A stretch of DNA of 64,000 nt. It comes from Candidatus Marinacidobacterales bacterium (GTDB lineage: Bacteria; Acidobacteriota; Vicinamibacteria; Marinacidobacterales; DATDRI01). Made by a program: the position numbers and the translations under genes. The stretch's first letter is position 1; every line of letters begins with the position of its first letter. A model generated the notes under the pieces. That model saw nothing but the letters and a program-made list of their open reading frames with translations. It had not been told where the DNA came from and did no database searches. Shown here piece by piece: positions 1-9,722 of this stretch. Location: positions 704,001 to 768,000 of the forward strand of contig OZ244742.1 in the NCBI GenBank assembly GCA_965219415.1. Reading direction: 5' to 3'.

Positions 1-1364
1 CCCGTGCAGCACAGCGGTCCACCGACGGTGGGCACGGGAGTCCTGGGATCGTAAATGAACTCGTCGGCCGGCTCATCTCCTGGCTTCTTGTTGCTTAGCC
101 TCCCCGCACCGAAACGGCTGTTCGCCGATCCGTCACTATGAAGGTAGTAGGGGGTGAACTGCGTTCGGGCGAGAGGCCACTCGTTCTCGCCACGCCACTC
201 GTTCTTACCCATGACATAGATCTGCACCTTGGGCATCTTGGTTAGGCCATTGTCGATACCCTTGAGCCAGTAATCGAACCAACGGACGTAGATGTTCCAG
301 TAGTCGAGGCGGGCATCGCCCAGGTCGCGCGCGCCGATGATGGTTTTCTCCGTCGCCCCTTCGGATCGACAGTGTACCGCCGGGGAGATGATCACATACT
401 GATTGTCTCTTCCGCGCGGGCTCTCCGCATTCGTGCGCATCAGGTTGAAGAGCTTCAACGTATCGGCCACACCGAGGTCGTACCAAGAGTTGACGTGCAG
501 GGCGGGAACATCGAAACGGTCCTGGTCGTTCACGTAGCCCAAAGCGTCCCAGTAGGGATCACCGGGCCCGTGCGACATGAAGTCTTCGAAGTCCGAAACC
601 GGTCCGCCTGCCTTTTGCATCATGTCGACTAGCGGCAGGCTCAGCCATGCCTTCTGGAAGTCGACGTCCTCGGGAGACTGGGGAGCGGGACGATACATAT
701 CGCCATATTTGGCCCAAAAATCAGGCGGCGCACCGGGAGGCGGCCTGAGGTAATACTTACTGCCGTTACCAAGAAACCACCCGAAACCAGCCGACAGCTC
801 CACCGCTCCTCCCATGTAGAGTCCGAAGTAGCGGTAGCTCCCGCCGGCCGCTTGCGGAAGGGCCGCGGTATGGTTGGGGTGTCTCATGGCGGCCTGCTGC
901 ATTTGGTTCTCGCCAAGATAGGAACAACCGTATGTTCCGACTTTCCCGCTCGACCACGGCTGGCTCGACAACCACTCGATCGCGTCGTAACCGTCCTCTC
1001 GATCGGCCGCCGAGACGACGTACTCGCCTTCGGATTCGAACCTTCCGCGCATATCTTGCACTGCGTAGATGTAGCCTTGCGAAGCGAAAAAATGCGGCCA
1101 CCGTTTGGGATCGCGGTAGTTGTTTTTGTTGTATGGAGAACGCGATAGGATGACCGGCAACTTACCCTCGACACCCACCGGAAAATACAGATCGGTGGAC
1201 AGCTTGACGCCATCCCGCATCGGCACCATGACGCTTCGCTCCAGCCTGACTTCGTACTTCGGCTTTGGCTTTTCGAAATCCCGAACCGGTGCGGAAGACC
1301 ACGCCGGCAGGAACATCGTCGCGATAACAGGTATGCCGACTAGGATCCCAATGCGTTTTTTCAT
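1..1364 (-). CDS. CocE/NonD family serine hydrolase with signal peptide (3' end runs off the window)
   Basis: Manual translation from ATG at 1364: MKKRIGILVG...VMVPMRDGVKLSTDLYFP...RTPY...GCSYLG nucleophile motif; absent from the ORF track because it is truncated. Confidence 0.85.
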   Translation of the reverse strand, partial: MKKRIGILVGIPVIATMFLPAWSSAPVRDFEKPKPKYEVRLERSVMVPMRDGVKLSTDLYFPVGVEGKLPVILSRSPYNKNNYRDPKRWPHFFASQGYIYAVQDMRGRFESEGEYVVSAADREDGYDAIEWLSSQPWSSGKVGTYGCSYLGENQMQQAAMRHPNHTAALPQAAGGSYRYFGLYMGGAVELSAGFGWFLGNGSKYYLRPPPGAPPDFWAKYGDMYRPAPQSPEDVDFQKAWLSLPLVDMMQKAGGPVSDFEDFMSHGPGDPYWDALGYVNDQDRFDVPALHVNSWYDLGVADTLKLFNLMRTNAESPRGRDNQYVIISPAVHCRSEGATEKTIIGARDLGDARLDYWNIYVRWFDYWLKGIDNGLTKMPKVQIYVMGKNEWRGENEWPLARTQFTPYYLHSDGSANSRFGAGRLSNKKPGDEPADEFIYDPRTPVPTVGGPLCCT

Positions 1365-1372
1365 AGCCTTGC

Positions 1373-2344
1373 CTAGCTGTATTGAGTGGGGGTCGCAGAA
1401 ACTCCCATCATCTCCCGTGCCTGAGCCGGCGTCGCCACGTCCCGATTCAGCTCGTTCGCGATCCGCACCGCTCGCGCCACCAGCTGTGCGTTGCTCGTCG
1501 CCTTCTCACCTCTCCGGTAATAGACATTGTCCTCCAAGCCGACTCTCACATGTCCGCCCATGACCATCGACAGCGTCGTCATCGGAAGCTGGAACGGCCC
1601 GAGACCCGAACACAGCCAAAGAGATCCTTCCGGAAACTCGCGAAGGAGATGCACCACGTTCTCGACGGTCGGAAAGCTCGAAGTCTGATAACCCATCACC
1701 GTTTGCACCCAATACGGCTTGTCTAGCAATCCCTGATCGATGAGATCTTGAATCACCCAGGCGCCACCGGGATTGTAGGTCTCGAGCTCCGGCTTGACAC
1801 CTTGTCTTTTCATCTCGCTCGCGTACCAACTAATCTGCTTGTACGTAAAGGGGATGCAGTCGTCGTAGTCGATCGCCTCCCGCGGATGGGGTAGCGGTGC
1901 TTCACGCGCCTTTATCTTGAACTTGCTCATGTCCGGCGCCAGATTCAATGACGCCACCTCGGGCTTGGCGGCGAGGCAGGAGAGCCTCTCATCCATCGTC
2001 ATATCGAACCCGCCGCCCGTGGTGTCGTTGATGATGATGTCCGGACAACGCTCCCGGACCTTCTTATTGAGGTCGTACCAGACCTCGGTCGTCTTGGCCG
2101 GGCCAGGCAAGTAGTTCGGGTCACGGGCGTGGAGGTGAACCATCGACGCCCCCGCCTCATAGGCCTCATGGACGGAATCCGCGATCTCGTCCGAGGTCTC
2201 GGGAAGGTTCGGGTTGTACTCCTTGCCCTGAATGCCACCGTTCGAGGCCAAACAGATGATGACCGGAGGCATCCCTTTGCGGACTTTCTCCATGAAAGCG
2301 TAAGAGTCTGTGTAGGGCCAGATGTGGCCGTTGGCTTTACCCAT
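1373..2344 (-). CDS. 3-keto-5-aminohexanoate cleavage enzyme family (BKACE/DUF849)
   Basis: Motifs AGASMVHLHARD, INDTTGG, KPELETY, GGHVRVGLEDN; likely ATG at 2344 with GAGG RBS. Confidence 0.9.
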   Translation of the reverse strand: MGKANGHIWPYTDSYAFMEKVRKGMPPVIICLASNGGIQGKEYNPNLPETSDEIADSVHEAYEAGASMVHLHARDPNYLPGPAKTTEVWYDLNKKVRERCPDIIINDTTGGGFDMTMDERLSCLAAKPEVASLNLAPDMSKFKIKAREAPLPHPREAIDYDDCIPFTYKQISWYASEMKRQGVKPELETYNPGGAWVIQDLIDQGLLDKPYWVQTVMGYQTSSFPTVENVVHLLREFPEGSLWLCSGLGPFQLPMTTLSMVMGGHVRVGLEDNVYYRRGEKATSNAQLVARAVRIANELNRDVATPAQAREMMGVSATPTQYS

Positions 2345-2415
2345 GGTTTCCTCCCCCACTTCTAGTACACTATTTCGAAGGTCCGTACAAGAACGTGCGC
2401 AGTGTAACGTTTCTA

Positions 2416-3851
2416 GAAAGTGTGCCAATCTTAGTTGGGAATTGAAACGGCTCCAAACCCCGTGGTTTGATGGCGTTGGACAAAACAAAATCAAGCCGCG
2501 AAGAAAGGAGCCGAGATGGGAAGTCTGCTACGTTCGGTCAAGAAACGCAAGAAGTCGCGTCGTTTGGGTGAGGTCGAGATGGTGAGGCACGAGGATTACG
2601 GGGAACTCGCGCTGGACGCCAAGGTAGAGATGATCCGTTGGTTGGTCCCCCTTGGTCTAATGCACGTTCACGAGTTGCTCGACGACGAAGTGAAGGCGTT
2701 GGCGGGAGAGCGATACTCTCGCAAGGACGAGCTGGAGCGCGGTCGCCGTCCCGGAAGCAACCCGGGCACGGTAGGGCTTGGCGGCCAGCGGGTACCGATC
2801 CGTGTGCCACGGGTTCGGAGCATCGAGGGAGGAGAGATTCCGCTTCGCTGCTACGAGGCGGTGAGCCACGGCGGTGAGGTGAATGATCTTCTGCTGAAAC
2901 GAGTTCTCTACGGAATCTCTTGTCGCAACTACGAGGCGGCAGCGGAAGCGATTTCGGGCGCCATCGGGCTGTCGAGCTCAACGGTGTCCCGAGGGTTCGT
3001 GCAAGCGAGCGCTGCGAAGCTGCGGGAGATGCAGGAACGGGATCTGACCGGCGAGGATGTGGTGGCGCTGTTTCTGGATGGGAAGACATTCGCCGAGGCA
3101 ACGATGGTCGTGGCTCTGGCCATCACGCTTTGCGGGGAAAAACGCTTCTTGGGCTTCGTGGAGACGGACACGGAGAACGCGCAGGTGTTGACGCCGTTCC
3201 TGCGTTCACTGCTCAAGCGGGGACTCGATATCTCCCAGGGTCTGCTGGTGATCATCGACGGCGGCAAGGGTCTCCAAGCGGCAGTCAAGAAGGCATTCCG
3301 TAAGCGGGCCCTGATACAACGCTGCCAGTGGCAACAAACGTGAAAACGTAGTGAGCTACCTGTCCAAGGGCGAGCAGGCGTCATGGCGCAAGCGGCTCCA
3401 GTGGGCCTACAACAGGCCGGAGTACGAAGAGGCCCTCACTGCGCTCGAGCAACTCCACGGTGAGTTAGAAGAGCGGAACCAATCCGCAGCTGGCAGCCTG
3501 GAGGAAGGCCTCGAGGAGACGCTGACGTTGCATCGACTCGGCGTGCACGCGGTGCTGGGCCGTTCGTTCAAGACGACGAACTGCCTTGAGTCCGTCAATG
3601 CTCTCGTCGAGGAACGCTGCGCGAAGGTCGACCACTGGAAGAACTCGAGCCAACGCCAGCGCTGGTTGGCAACGGCGCTCGTAGACATCGAACCGCGCTT
3701 GAGGAAGGTGGTGGGCTACCGCCATCTTCCCAAGCTTCGCGAAGCTCTCAAGCGGGAACTGAAGATCGAGGCGAAGACATCAACCGTATCGAAGAAGAAG
3801 GTCGCTTAAACGTGAGCCGTGGAGAGTTTCAACTAAGAATGGGCTTGACTC
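2416..3851 (+). mobile_element. IS256-family insertion sequence
   Basis: Imperfect terminal IRs (TCTTAGTTG...ACGGCTC / GAGCCGT...CAACTAAGA); 8-bp target duplication CGTTTCTA at 2408-2415 and 3852-3859. Confidence 0.9.
2516..3809 (+). pseudogene. IS256 transposase, frameshifted near 3332
   Basis: ORFs 2516-3343 and 3351-3809; motifs LFLDG, IIDGGKGL, QRCQW(H)KRENV (broken by one extra A), TTNCLES. Confidence 0.85.
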
Positions 3852-3863
3852 CGTTTCTATACA

Positions 3864-3934
3864 GGGGGCAGATCTAATTTTATGGACAATGTCACAAAAT
3901 TAGATCTGACCCCTGTTACTTTTGACCCCTGTTA
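3864..3934. repeat. REP-like palindrome and short direct repeats
   Basis: CAGATCTAATTTT...AAAATTAGATCTG stem; TGACCCCTGTTA occurs twice; lies just downstream of the dehydrogenase stop. Confidence 0.55.
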
Positions 3935-4822
3935 GCCCTTGAGCCAGCCCGGTTTTTCGAAGGCGGGGTCGGGATACTTGTAGAAGCCCTCTCCGGATTT
4001 CCTGCCCAGCTTCCCCTGCTCGATCATGCCTAGAAGCATCTGGGGAGGCTTGTCGGAAGGGTCACCGGTGGCATTGTAATAGACCATTTCGATGTCCCGT
4101 ACGACGTCCAGACCGATCTCGTCCATCAACCCGCAGGGCCCAATGGGCGTGCCCCAGTCGAGCATCCAGGCCCGGTCCATGTCCTCCGGCGTGAGATAGC
4201 CCTGGTCGAGCAAGAACAAGACTTCTTTCTTGACGGCACGCCACACGCGATTGAACGCGTATCCCTGGATTTCTTTCTTGACTAATATCGGAACCAGGTC
4301 GACGGAACGGAGGAAACCGACCGCACTCTCGATGGTGACAGGCGCGGTCTTGGGGTGCCCCATTACTTCGACCTTCACGTGATCCGGAGTGCCGAAGTTC
4401 ACGTTGAACGTCTTCTTCGGACGGCCGCTTGCGTCGGCCATCGATGAGCCTGGGATGGACGACGTATTCGAACCGATGAGAGTATCTGGCCCAACAAAAC
4501 GACCGATCTCGGCGAACACTTTCCGTTTCAGATCGACGTTCTCGTGAACCGCCTCGATCACGAGATCCGTTCCTGCTACGCACGTCTCGATGGAGTCGGT
4601 CGGCTCGAGCGCGGCCATGGCGGACTCGACGGTACCCTCGGGCAGTTTCCCCGACTGTACCCGAGCCTCGACCAGCGAGCGCACGTATTGAACCGCATCT
4701 TTCAAGGCCGCAGAGTTCGTATCGAACAAACGCGTTTCCTTGCCGTAGATAACAAAGCCGAACGCGATCCGGCGGCCCATCGTACCTGCGCCCACCACGC
4801 CTATCGTGTCTATCCCACTCAT
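3932..4822 (-). CDS. 3-hydroxyacyl-CoA dehydrogenase family protein
   Basis: GVVGAGTMG Rossmann motif, VIEAVHE, SNTSS, GKLGRKSGEGFY; ATG at 4822 overlaps the upstream TGA. Confidence 0.9.
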   Translation of the reverse strand: MSGIDTIGVVGAGTMGRRIAFGFVIYGKETRLFDTNSAALKDAVQYVRSLVEARVQSGKLPEGTVESAMAALEPTDSIETCVAGTDLVIEAVHENVDLKRKVFAEIGRFVGPDTLIGSNTSSIPGSSMADASGRPKKTFNVNFGTPDHVKVEVMGHPKTAPVTIESAVGFLRSVDLVPILVKKEIQGYAFNRVWRAVKKEVLFLLDQGYLTPEDMDRAWMLDWGTPIGPCGLMDEIGLDVVRDIEMVYYNATGDPSDKPPQMLLGMIEQGKLGRKSGEGFYKYPDPAFEKPGWLKG

Positions 4823-5775
4823 TGCAGCGGGTCCTCCTTCTTTAGGGTGCGGATCTTCCGCACCATGCGATCGCGCCAGCGGCGTATTTCGGCGCGATCG
4901 ATGCCGCCCACCATCTCGTCCGTCGCCTTCCCCATTTGCTCGATGGAACCGGCGTCGAGCTCGGGCGTCGAGCCCAGGTCGTTCATGAGCTCGAGGTAGT
5001 CGCCTCGATAGCGAGTGAAGTACTGCCGAACCCCGCCATCGGCGTTCGTATTCGCGACACCGAACGGACCCATCAGCGCCCAACGCAGTCCAAGGCCATC
5101 TCGGATGACGGCGTCTACCGCATCCACATCCGCCACGCCGCTCGTCACGAGGTTCACCGCTTCCCTAATTAACGCGGCCTGCATGCGGTTCAGCAGAAAG
5201 CCAGGAACGTAGAAGTTCATCACCACCGGTGTTTGCCCCACTGCTTTCAAGAAGGCGCACGTCTGCTGCACCACCTCCGGATCGGTTTCCTTCCCTGGCA
5301 GGACCTCGACCACCGGTACAACGTGGGGAGGATTGACGGGATGGGCAACGATGCATCGGCGCGCTCCGGTTAGACCCGCGGCGATCTCCGTCATGTCTAT
5401 CGCCGAGGTGCTGCTGCCGAGGATGGCCGCCGGATCGGCGGCGCGATCGAGCTCCGCGTATAGAGCCTGCTTGAGCTCGATCTTTTCCGGGCCGCTCTCT
5501 TGAACATACTCAGCGCCGGCGAGGGCGTCCTTCAAATCCGCGTGCGCGGTGACTCGAGAGCGCCGAGAAGTCGCCTCTTCGCTCGACAGCAACCCGGCCT
5601 CGCGATCCTCCTCCAAGTCCTGCTCAATCCAAGCGAGCGCGTTTTCGACCTGAGCGACATCACGGTCATGGATCCGAGTCGGACAACCGGCACGTGCGAA
5701 AATTTGTATCCAGCTTCTACCGATGACACCCGTGCCGATGACTGCGACCGTTGTCGAAATCTTGGGTGCGGTCAC
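4819..5775 (-). CDS. 3-hydroxyacyl-CoA dehydrogenase-like protein (carnitine/L-gulonate 3-dehydrogenase type)
   Basis: VIGTGVIGRSW, VQESGPE, SSTS, HPVNPPH, GLGLRWALMGPF. Confidence 0.88.
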   Translation of the reverse strand: MTAPKISTTVAVIGTGVIGRSWIQIFARAGCPTRIHDRDVAQVENALAWIEQDLEEDREAGLLSSEEATSRRSRVTAHADLKDALAGAEYVQESGPEKIELKQALYAELDRAADPAAILGSSTSAIDMTEIAAGLTGARRCIVAHPVNPPHVVPVVEVLPGKETDPEVVQQTCAFLKAVGQTPVVMNFYVPGFLLNRMQAALIREAVNLVTSGVADVDAVDAVIRDGLGLRWALMGPFGVANTNADGGVRQYFTRYRGDYLELMNDLGSTPELDAGSIEQMGKATDEMVGGIDRAEIRRWRDRMVRKIRTLKKEDPLQ

Positions 5776-7205
5776 CGACGCCCCTCACCCAGTATTTGCT
5801 TCCGCCTCTCCGCTTCGCTGACGCTCGCTCGCAGGCTGCGGGCACCTAGCCAGAAGATGCCCCCGAGCACACCCCAGCCCAAGAAGATCATCCACTCCAT
5901 TGGAAGGGAGCCCTCGGCGCTCAAGTAGGGTCCGTAAAGCGTCATGAACAGCATGTAGAGACAGCCCAGCACGGCAACGGACGCCGTGGCGATCCCTCCC
6001 GGCACGCGAAACGGCGGTTCCTGTTCCGGTCGATCGCGTCGCAATTTGATCACGCCCCAGCACGTGATCAAGTACCCAAGCGTCAAACACGTGGCGCCCA
6101 CGTTGACGATGGGAATGATGGCACCGCGCCCTAGAAAGACACCGGCCGAGCCGATAACACCCACGAAGAGAACGGCGGTTGCCGGCGATCGGAATTTGCT
6201 ATGAACCGAAGCGAAGGCCGGTGGGATGATGGTTGCCCGGCCGAGTGCGAACAGTACCCGAGAACCGCCGAGGAACATCGCGTTCCAGGTGGTAACGATG
6301 CCAAAAAAGGCGGCCAGCAGAACCAAGTTCGCCAGCACCGGAGAGTTGAGTGCCGCCTCGAAAGCCCCGGCCGCAGGAAGCTCGAGTTCGAGCATCTCCT
6401 GCCACGGCATGCTCATGGAAGCGGAAAGTATGACCAAGCAGTAAAAGAGCCCCGCCGAGAACAGCGACAGCAGCATCATTCGGCCCACCAGCTTGACCGA
6501 GGTGCCAGGAGCCATTTCCTCGATCGCTTGCGGGATGACGTTGAAACCGCCGTACCAAAACGGTGCAGTTACCAGGACGCCGGCAATTCCCATGCCTACC
6601 GAGCTCGTCTGTTGAAACAAAGGATCCAAGTTGGCGGCCTTGCCCCAAATGAGCCCCGCGGTTATGAAAATCACAGAGCAGCCGAGCACACCATAGGTGA
6701 GAACATCTTGAAATCGAGTTGCCGTTTTGGCACCTCGATAATTGAGATATGTGAGAAGCGCCATGCCCCCGAGACCCAACGCGAGGCTCCCCAGGTAAAC
6801 CGGATCGCCGCGCACGGTGTAGAGAATCCGCCCTTCGAATCCTTCCAGCAACACACCCGCCACCCATCCCACCGAAACAGCCTCGAACGTCGTGGTGGCG
6901 ATGTAGATCAAAGCCATCGCCCAACCGATGGCGAAGCTCACGTTCACGCCGTATAGCTCGTAGGCGTAGGCCACCTCCCCGCCCGCCACCGGTAGCTGGC
7001 TCGACATCTCGGCGTAACACAGTGCGACCAGCATCATGATCAAACCGCCCCCCGCAAAACCCAAGATCGCGCCGAGGGGACCGGCCTTCGATAGCCATTG
7101 CCCCAGCACCACGACCCAGCCGACTCCGATGATCGTTCCGAGCCCAAGGGTAAAGAACTGGATGGCGCTGATGTCCTTCTTCAGTTCTGGGCGGGCTTCC
7201 GTCAT
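5772..7205 (-). CDS. APC-superfamily amino acid/amine permease
   Basis: GTIIGVGW, LCYAEMSS..PVAGGE, many hydrophobic segments, SRVLFALGR. Confidence 0.9.
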   Translation of the reverse strand: MTEARPELKKDISAIQFFTLGLGTIIGVGWVVVLGQWLSKAGPLGAILGFAGGGLIMMLVALCYAEMSSQLPVAGGEVAYAYELYGVNVSFAIGWAMALIYIATTTFEAVSVGWVAGVLLEGFEGRILYTVRGDPVYLGSLALGLGGMALLTYLNYRGAKTATRFQDVLTYGVLGCSVIFITAGLIWGKAANLDPLFQQTSSVGMGIAGVLVTAPFWYGGFNVIPQAIEEMAPGTSVKLVGRMMLLSLFSAGLFYCLVILSASMSMPWQEMLELELPAAGAFEAALNSPVLANLVLLAAFFGIVTTWNAMFLGGSRVLFALGRATIIPPAFASVHSKFRSPATAVLFVGVIGSAGVFLGRGAIIPIVNVGATCLTLGYLITCWGVIKLRRDRPEQEPPFRVPGGIATASVAVLGCLYMLFMTLYGPYLSAEGSLPMEWMIFLGWGVLGGIFWLGARSLRASVSEAERRKQILGEGRR

Positions 7206-7214
7206 GGGCCCTCT

Positions 7215-7463
7215 CTACGCGAACCGGTCGACATACTCGAGCTCGTCGCGGTCGAAATCGGCAAGCCAGATCGTGCTCCCCTCCGCATCCACCTTCTCTA
7301 CAGCGACCGGTCCTCGAGGATCTTCGGGATCGTACTCGTGAGCGATGATGGCGACGTCCCCCACCGCCGGTTCTCGGCGGACGCCGTCCGTTCCGTCGTA
7401 GTGCCGATTCTCCCTCAAGAGACGGACGATACGCACATTGTCGTATTCCTTGAGAGCGCGCAT
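7215..7463 (-). CDS. small hypothetical protein (DUF4926-like)
   Basis: 82-aa ORF MRALKEYDNVRIV...GDVAII...VEKVD..G.TIWLADF. Confidence 0.6.
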   Translation of the reverse strand: MRALKEYDNVRIVRLLRENRHYDGTDGVRREPAVGDVAIIAHEYDPEDPRGPVAVEKVDAEGSTIWLADFDRDELEYVDRFA

Positions 7464-7471
7464 CGCTCGAT

Positions 7472-7903
7472 CTACCGTTGGAGCAGAGCGAGCATCGTGA
7501 CGAAGGCGGCAACGCCCAGTGCACTCCGCACGCCGTGCAGTGTGTTCCAATTGTGTAACAGCGCCGTTGCCTCGTCCGAGCTTGCGTCGAGCGCCGAGCT
7601 GAGAAGCCGTTTGTTCGTGGACATGATCGCCACAAAAGTGAATGGTATGACACTTCCGAGCAACAAACCCGCTACCAGCCATCCTGTCTCGCCGCCACCG
7701 AACCAAACGAAGAGCGCGCCCACGAGCCCAACCAATGCGAGCGAGGCCTGCATGACGGCCGCCCGTTTATAGCTGGGCCCGAACTCTCGTAGCGCGAACG
7801 CCGTGCCCAATTCCAATCTGGCCGGGTGCTCAACGAGATTGATATAGATGGCGGCGCCGGCAAACAGGCCCGCACAAAGAGTAGCTACCAGCTCGGCAGT
7901 CAT
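7472..7903 (-). CDS. DUF1772 (anthrone oxygenase-like) membrane protein
   Basis: GLFAGAAIYINLVEHPAR, PFTFVAIMSTNKRL, WNTLHGVR. Confidence 0.85.
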   Translation of the reverse strand: MTAELVATLCAGLFAGAAIYINLVEHPARLELGTAFALREFGPSYKRAAVMQASLALVGLVGALFVWFGGGETGWLVAGLLLGSVIPFTFVAIMSTNKRLLSSALDASSDEATALLHNWNTLHGVRSALGVAAFVTMLALLQR

Positions 7904-7930
7904 CTCACCTCACCTCGATTCGCATCCGGC

Positions 7931-8133
7931 TGGGGTCAGACCACGCGTGAAAACCAGACGGGGGTCAGATCTCAAAACAGGACTCACGTCGGATCTCCAA
8001 ATAGGACACCTCGAGCCTGACACGCGGGCGCCAAAATAGGTTGTGCCATGAATCAAAGTGGCCAGGCGCCGGGATCAGACCTGTGTCACATTTGGAGCTC
8101 TGGCTCTTGTCACATTCCCTCGTCACATTCCTC
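7931..8133. repeat. Cluster of GGGGTCAGA / GTCACA(TT) REP-like motifs
   Basis: GGGGTCAGA twice, related GTCGGATCT and GGATCAGAC, GTCACATT three times in the intergenic gap; same motif family as 3864-3934. Confidence 0.45.
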
Positions 8134-8134
8134 G

Positions 8135-8416
8135 CTAGGCGCTCCGCACGCCACCGAATCGTTTTTCGGCCCGGGCCCGTGCCTTCGCGGCTTCCTCTTC
8201 CCGGTTGCGAGTCGGTGAGGTCGTGACGAGCGAATCGATCAACTCGCGGGCGACCGTCGTAACGGCCTCGACCGCGCGGTCGAACGCGCCCTCGTTTACC
8301 TTGGAAGGCTTGGTAAATCCGCTTAACTTCCGAACGAACTGAACGGATGCCGCTCGAACCTCTTCGTCGGTAGCGGGGGGAGCGAAGTTAAACAGCGTCT
8401 TGATGTTTCTACACAT
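8135..8416 (-). CDS. DUF2277 family protein
   Basis: MCRNIKTLFNFAPPATDEEVRAASVQFVRKLSG. Confidence 0.9.
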   Translation of the reverse strand: MCRNIKTLFNFAPPATDEEVRAASVQFVRKLSGFTKPSKVNEGAFDRAVEAVTTVARELIDSLVTTSPTRNREEEAAKARARAEKRFGGVRSA

Positions 8417-8419
8417 CGG

Positions 8420-8956
8420 TCACCTACTATCACCCGAGTCGGGGGACTCGGTGTCCTCTGGCCAGGGCATCACACGGCCCATCTCTAGGAACGTTTTGAG
8501 TCTCGATAGGGATTTCAGCCATCCCACGGGGCTGATTATCTCGCATGTCTTGGGAGCTTCGGTACATTCGTGGCGGATCGCAACCAGCACCGCTTCGCCG
8601 CGCTCGAGGATGTCGATCTCTACGAAAGTGGGAGGTTCTTCGAACCCGAAGCCCACGAACTGAAACGTATGGGCCAAACCCACGCCCTTTTCTATTCTCT
8701 CTAGAGTCCCGCGATAGAAGACCCGCTCCTCGTTCCCCCATACCACGGGATCTCCGGGTTGGTCCCCGAACTCCCGACAAGGCGACGAGTACCACGCTTC
8801 GTACGCCTCGGCTTTTGAGAATCTCTCCCAAACCGCGTCATAACTCGCCTCGATGTAGGCCCTTGCGGTCAGGATCGTAACCGACGGCGCCTCAGAAGCC
8901 TGGGTTCCGTAGGCGGGTACGAGACTTGCGAGAACTGCGGCAATCAGAACTCTCAT
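8420..8956 (-). CDS. SRPBCC/AHSA1-domain exported protein
   Basis: Signal peptide; YIEASYDAVWE, GWLKSLSRLKTFLE. Confidence 0.7.
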   Translation of the reverse strand: MRVLIAAVLASLVPAYGTQASEAPSVTILTARAYIEASYDAVWERFSKAEAYEAWYSSPCREFGDQPGDPVVWGNEERVFYRGTLERIEKGVGLAHTFQFVGFGFEEPPTFVEIDILERGEAVLVAIRHECTEAPKTCEIISPVGWLKSLSRLKTFLEMGRVMPWPEDTESPDSGDSR

Positions 8957-8986
8957 CGAGGCTCCTCCGAACGGCGGGTGATCATG

Positions 8987-9232
8987 TCAATCCTTCCAGT
9001 AGCCGAACTCCGGTTCATAGCACGAGCTATCGAGCTCGGAAACCCGCGCCTGCAAGCGAGCTTGCGCGTCTGCGATCGCTTGGTTGTAGATACACGGCCC
9101 GATCTCCCGCAAGCTGTAGTCGAGCAGCAGCCCGGCCTTGAGATCCCCGATTTCCTCTTCCATGTTTTCTGCGAAGTAGCGCTTTATCGAAGCAACAAGC
9201 CGCTTTTCGACTTCCTGTGACAATTTCTTCAT
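8987..9232 (-). CDS. DUF2164 family protein
   Basis: SIKRYF.E...EIGDLKAGLLLDY...EIGP.IYNQAIADA. Confidence 0.9.
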   Translation of the reverse strand: MKKLSQEVEKRLVASIKRYFAENMEEEIGDLKAGLLLDYSLREIGPCIYNQAIADAQARLQARVSELDSSCYEPEFGYWKD

Positions 9233-9244
9233 CTTCGCCGCCCG

Positions 9245-9712
9245 TCACATTTGGTCCCAGCCCCAGATTGCATAAGCGCTCGCGTTGTCGAGCGCCTGAT
9301 CGCACTCCTTCAACGTCAATAGGATGCTACCCCGGTGGTGGCTCTCATGGGCGACGAGGTAGGAGAGGGTTGTGAAGAGCCCTTTCCTGAAGCCGCGCCG
9401 CTTCGGCTTGCCCGCCAGCACGTCCGCGAGAAAAGTCTCGATCGCGCGGCCAGACGCGGTGAGGGCCTTCTTGAGATCGGTTTTCTTTGGGCTCACCTTG
9501 CTCTCGAACTTGGGTAGCCCCTTCGATAGGTCCTTTGCTCGCTTCTCGAGGTGCCACACACGCACGTTGTGGATGTGGGCAAACTGTAGGGCCACGTCCC
9601 ACCCGCCACGTTTCGAGAGAGTGCACTTCATCCCTGCGGCATTGATACGCTGGATGAGAAAGAGGTTGATTCGGTTGTTGGTCCGCCATGCTTCTATCAG
9701 CTCGTTTTGCAT
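9245..9712 (-). CDS. DinB family protein
   Basis: FAHIHNVR, HESHHRGSI metal-binding His motifs; ATG at 9712. Confidence 0.85.
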   Translation of the reverse strand: MQNELIEAWRTNNRINLFLIQRINAAGMKCTLSKRGGWDVALQFAHIHNVRVWHLEKRAKDLSKGLPKFESKVSPKKTDLKKALTASGRAIETFLADVLAGKPKRRGFRKGLFTTLSYLVAHESHHRGSILLTLKECDQALDNASAYAIWGWDQM

Positions 9713-9722
9713 GTGGTTCCTC

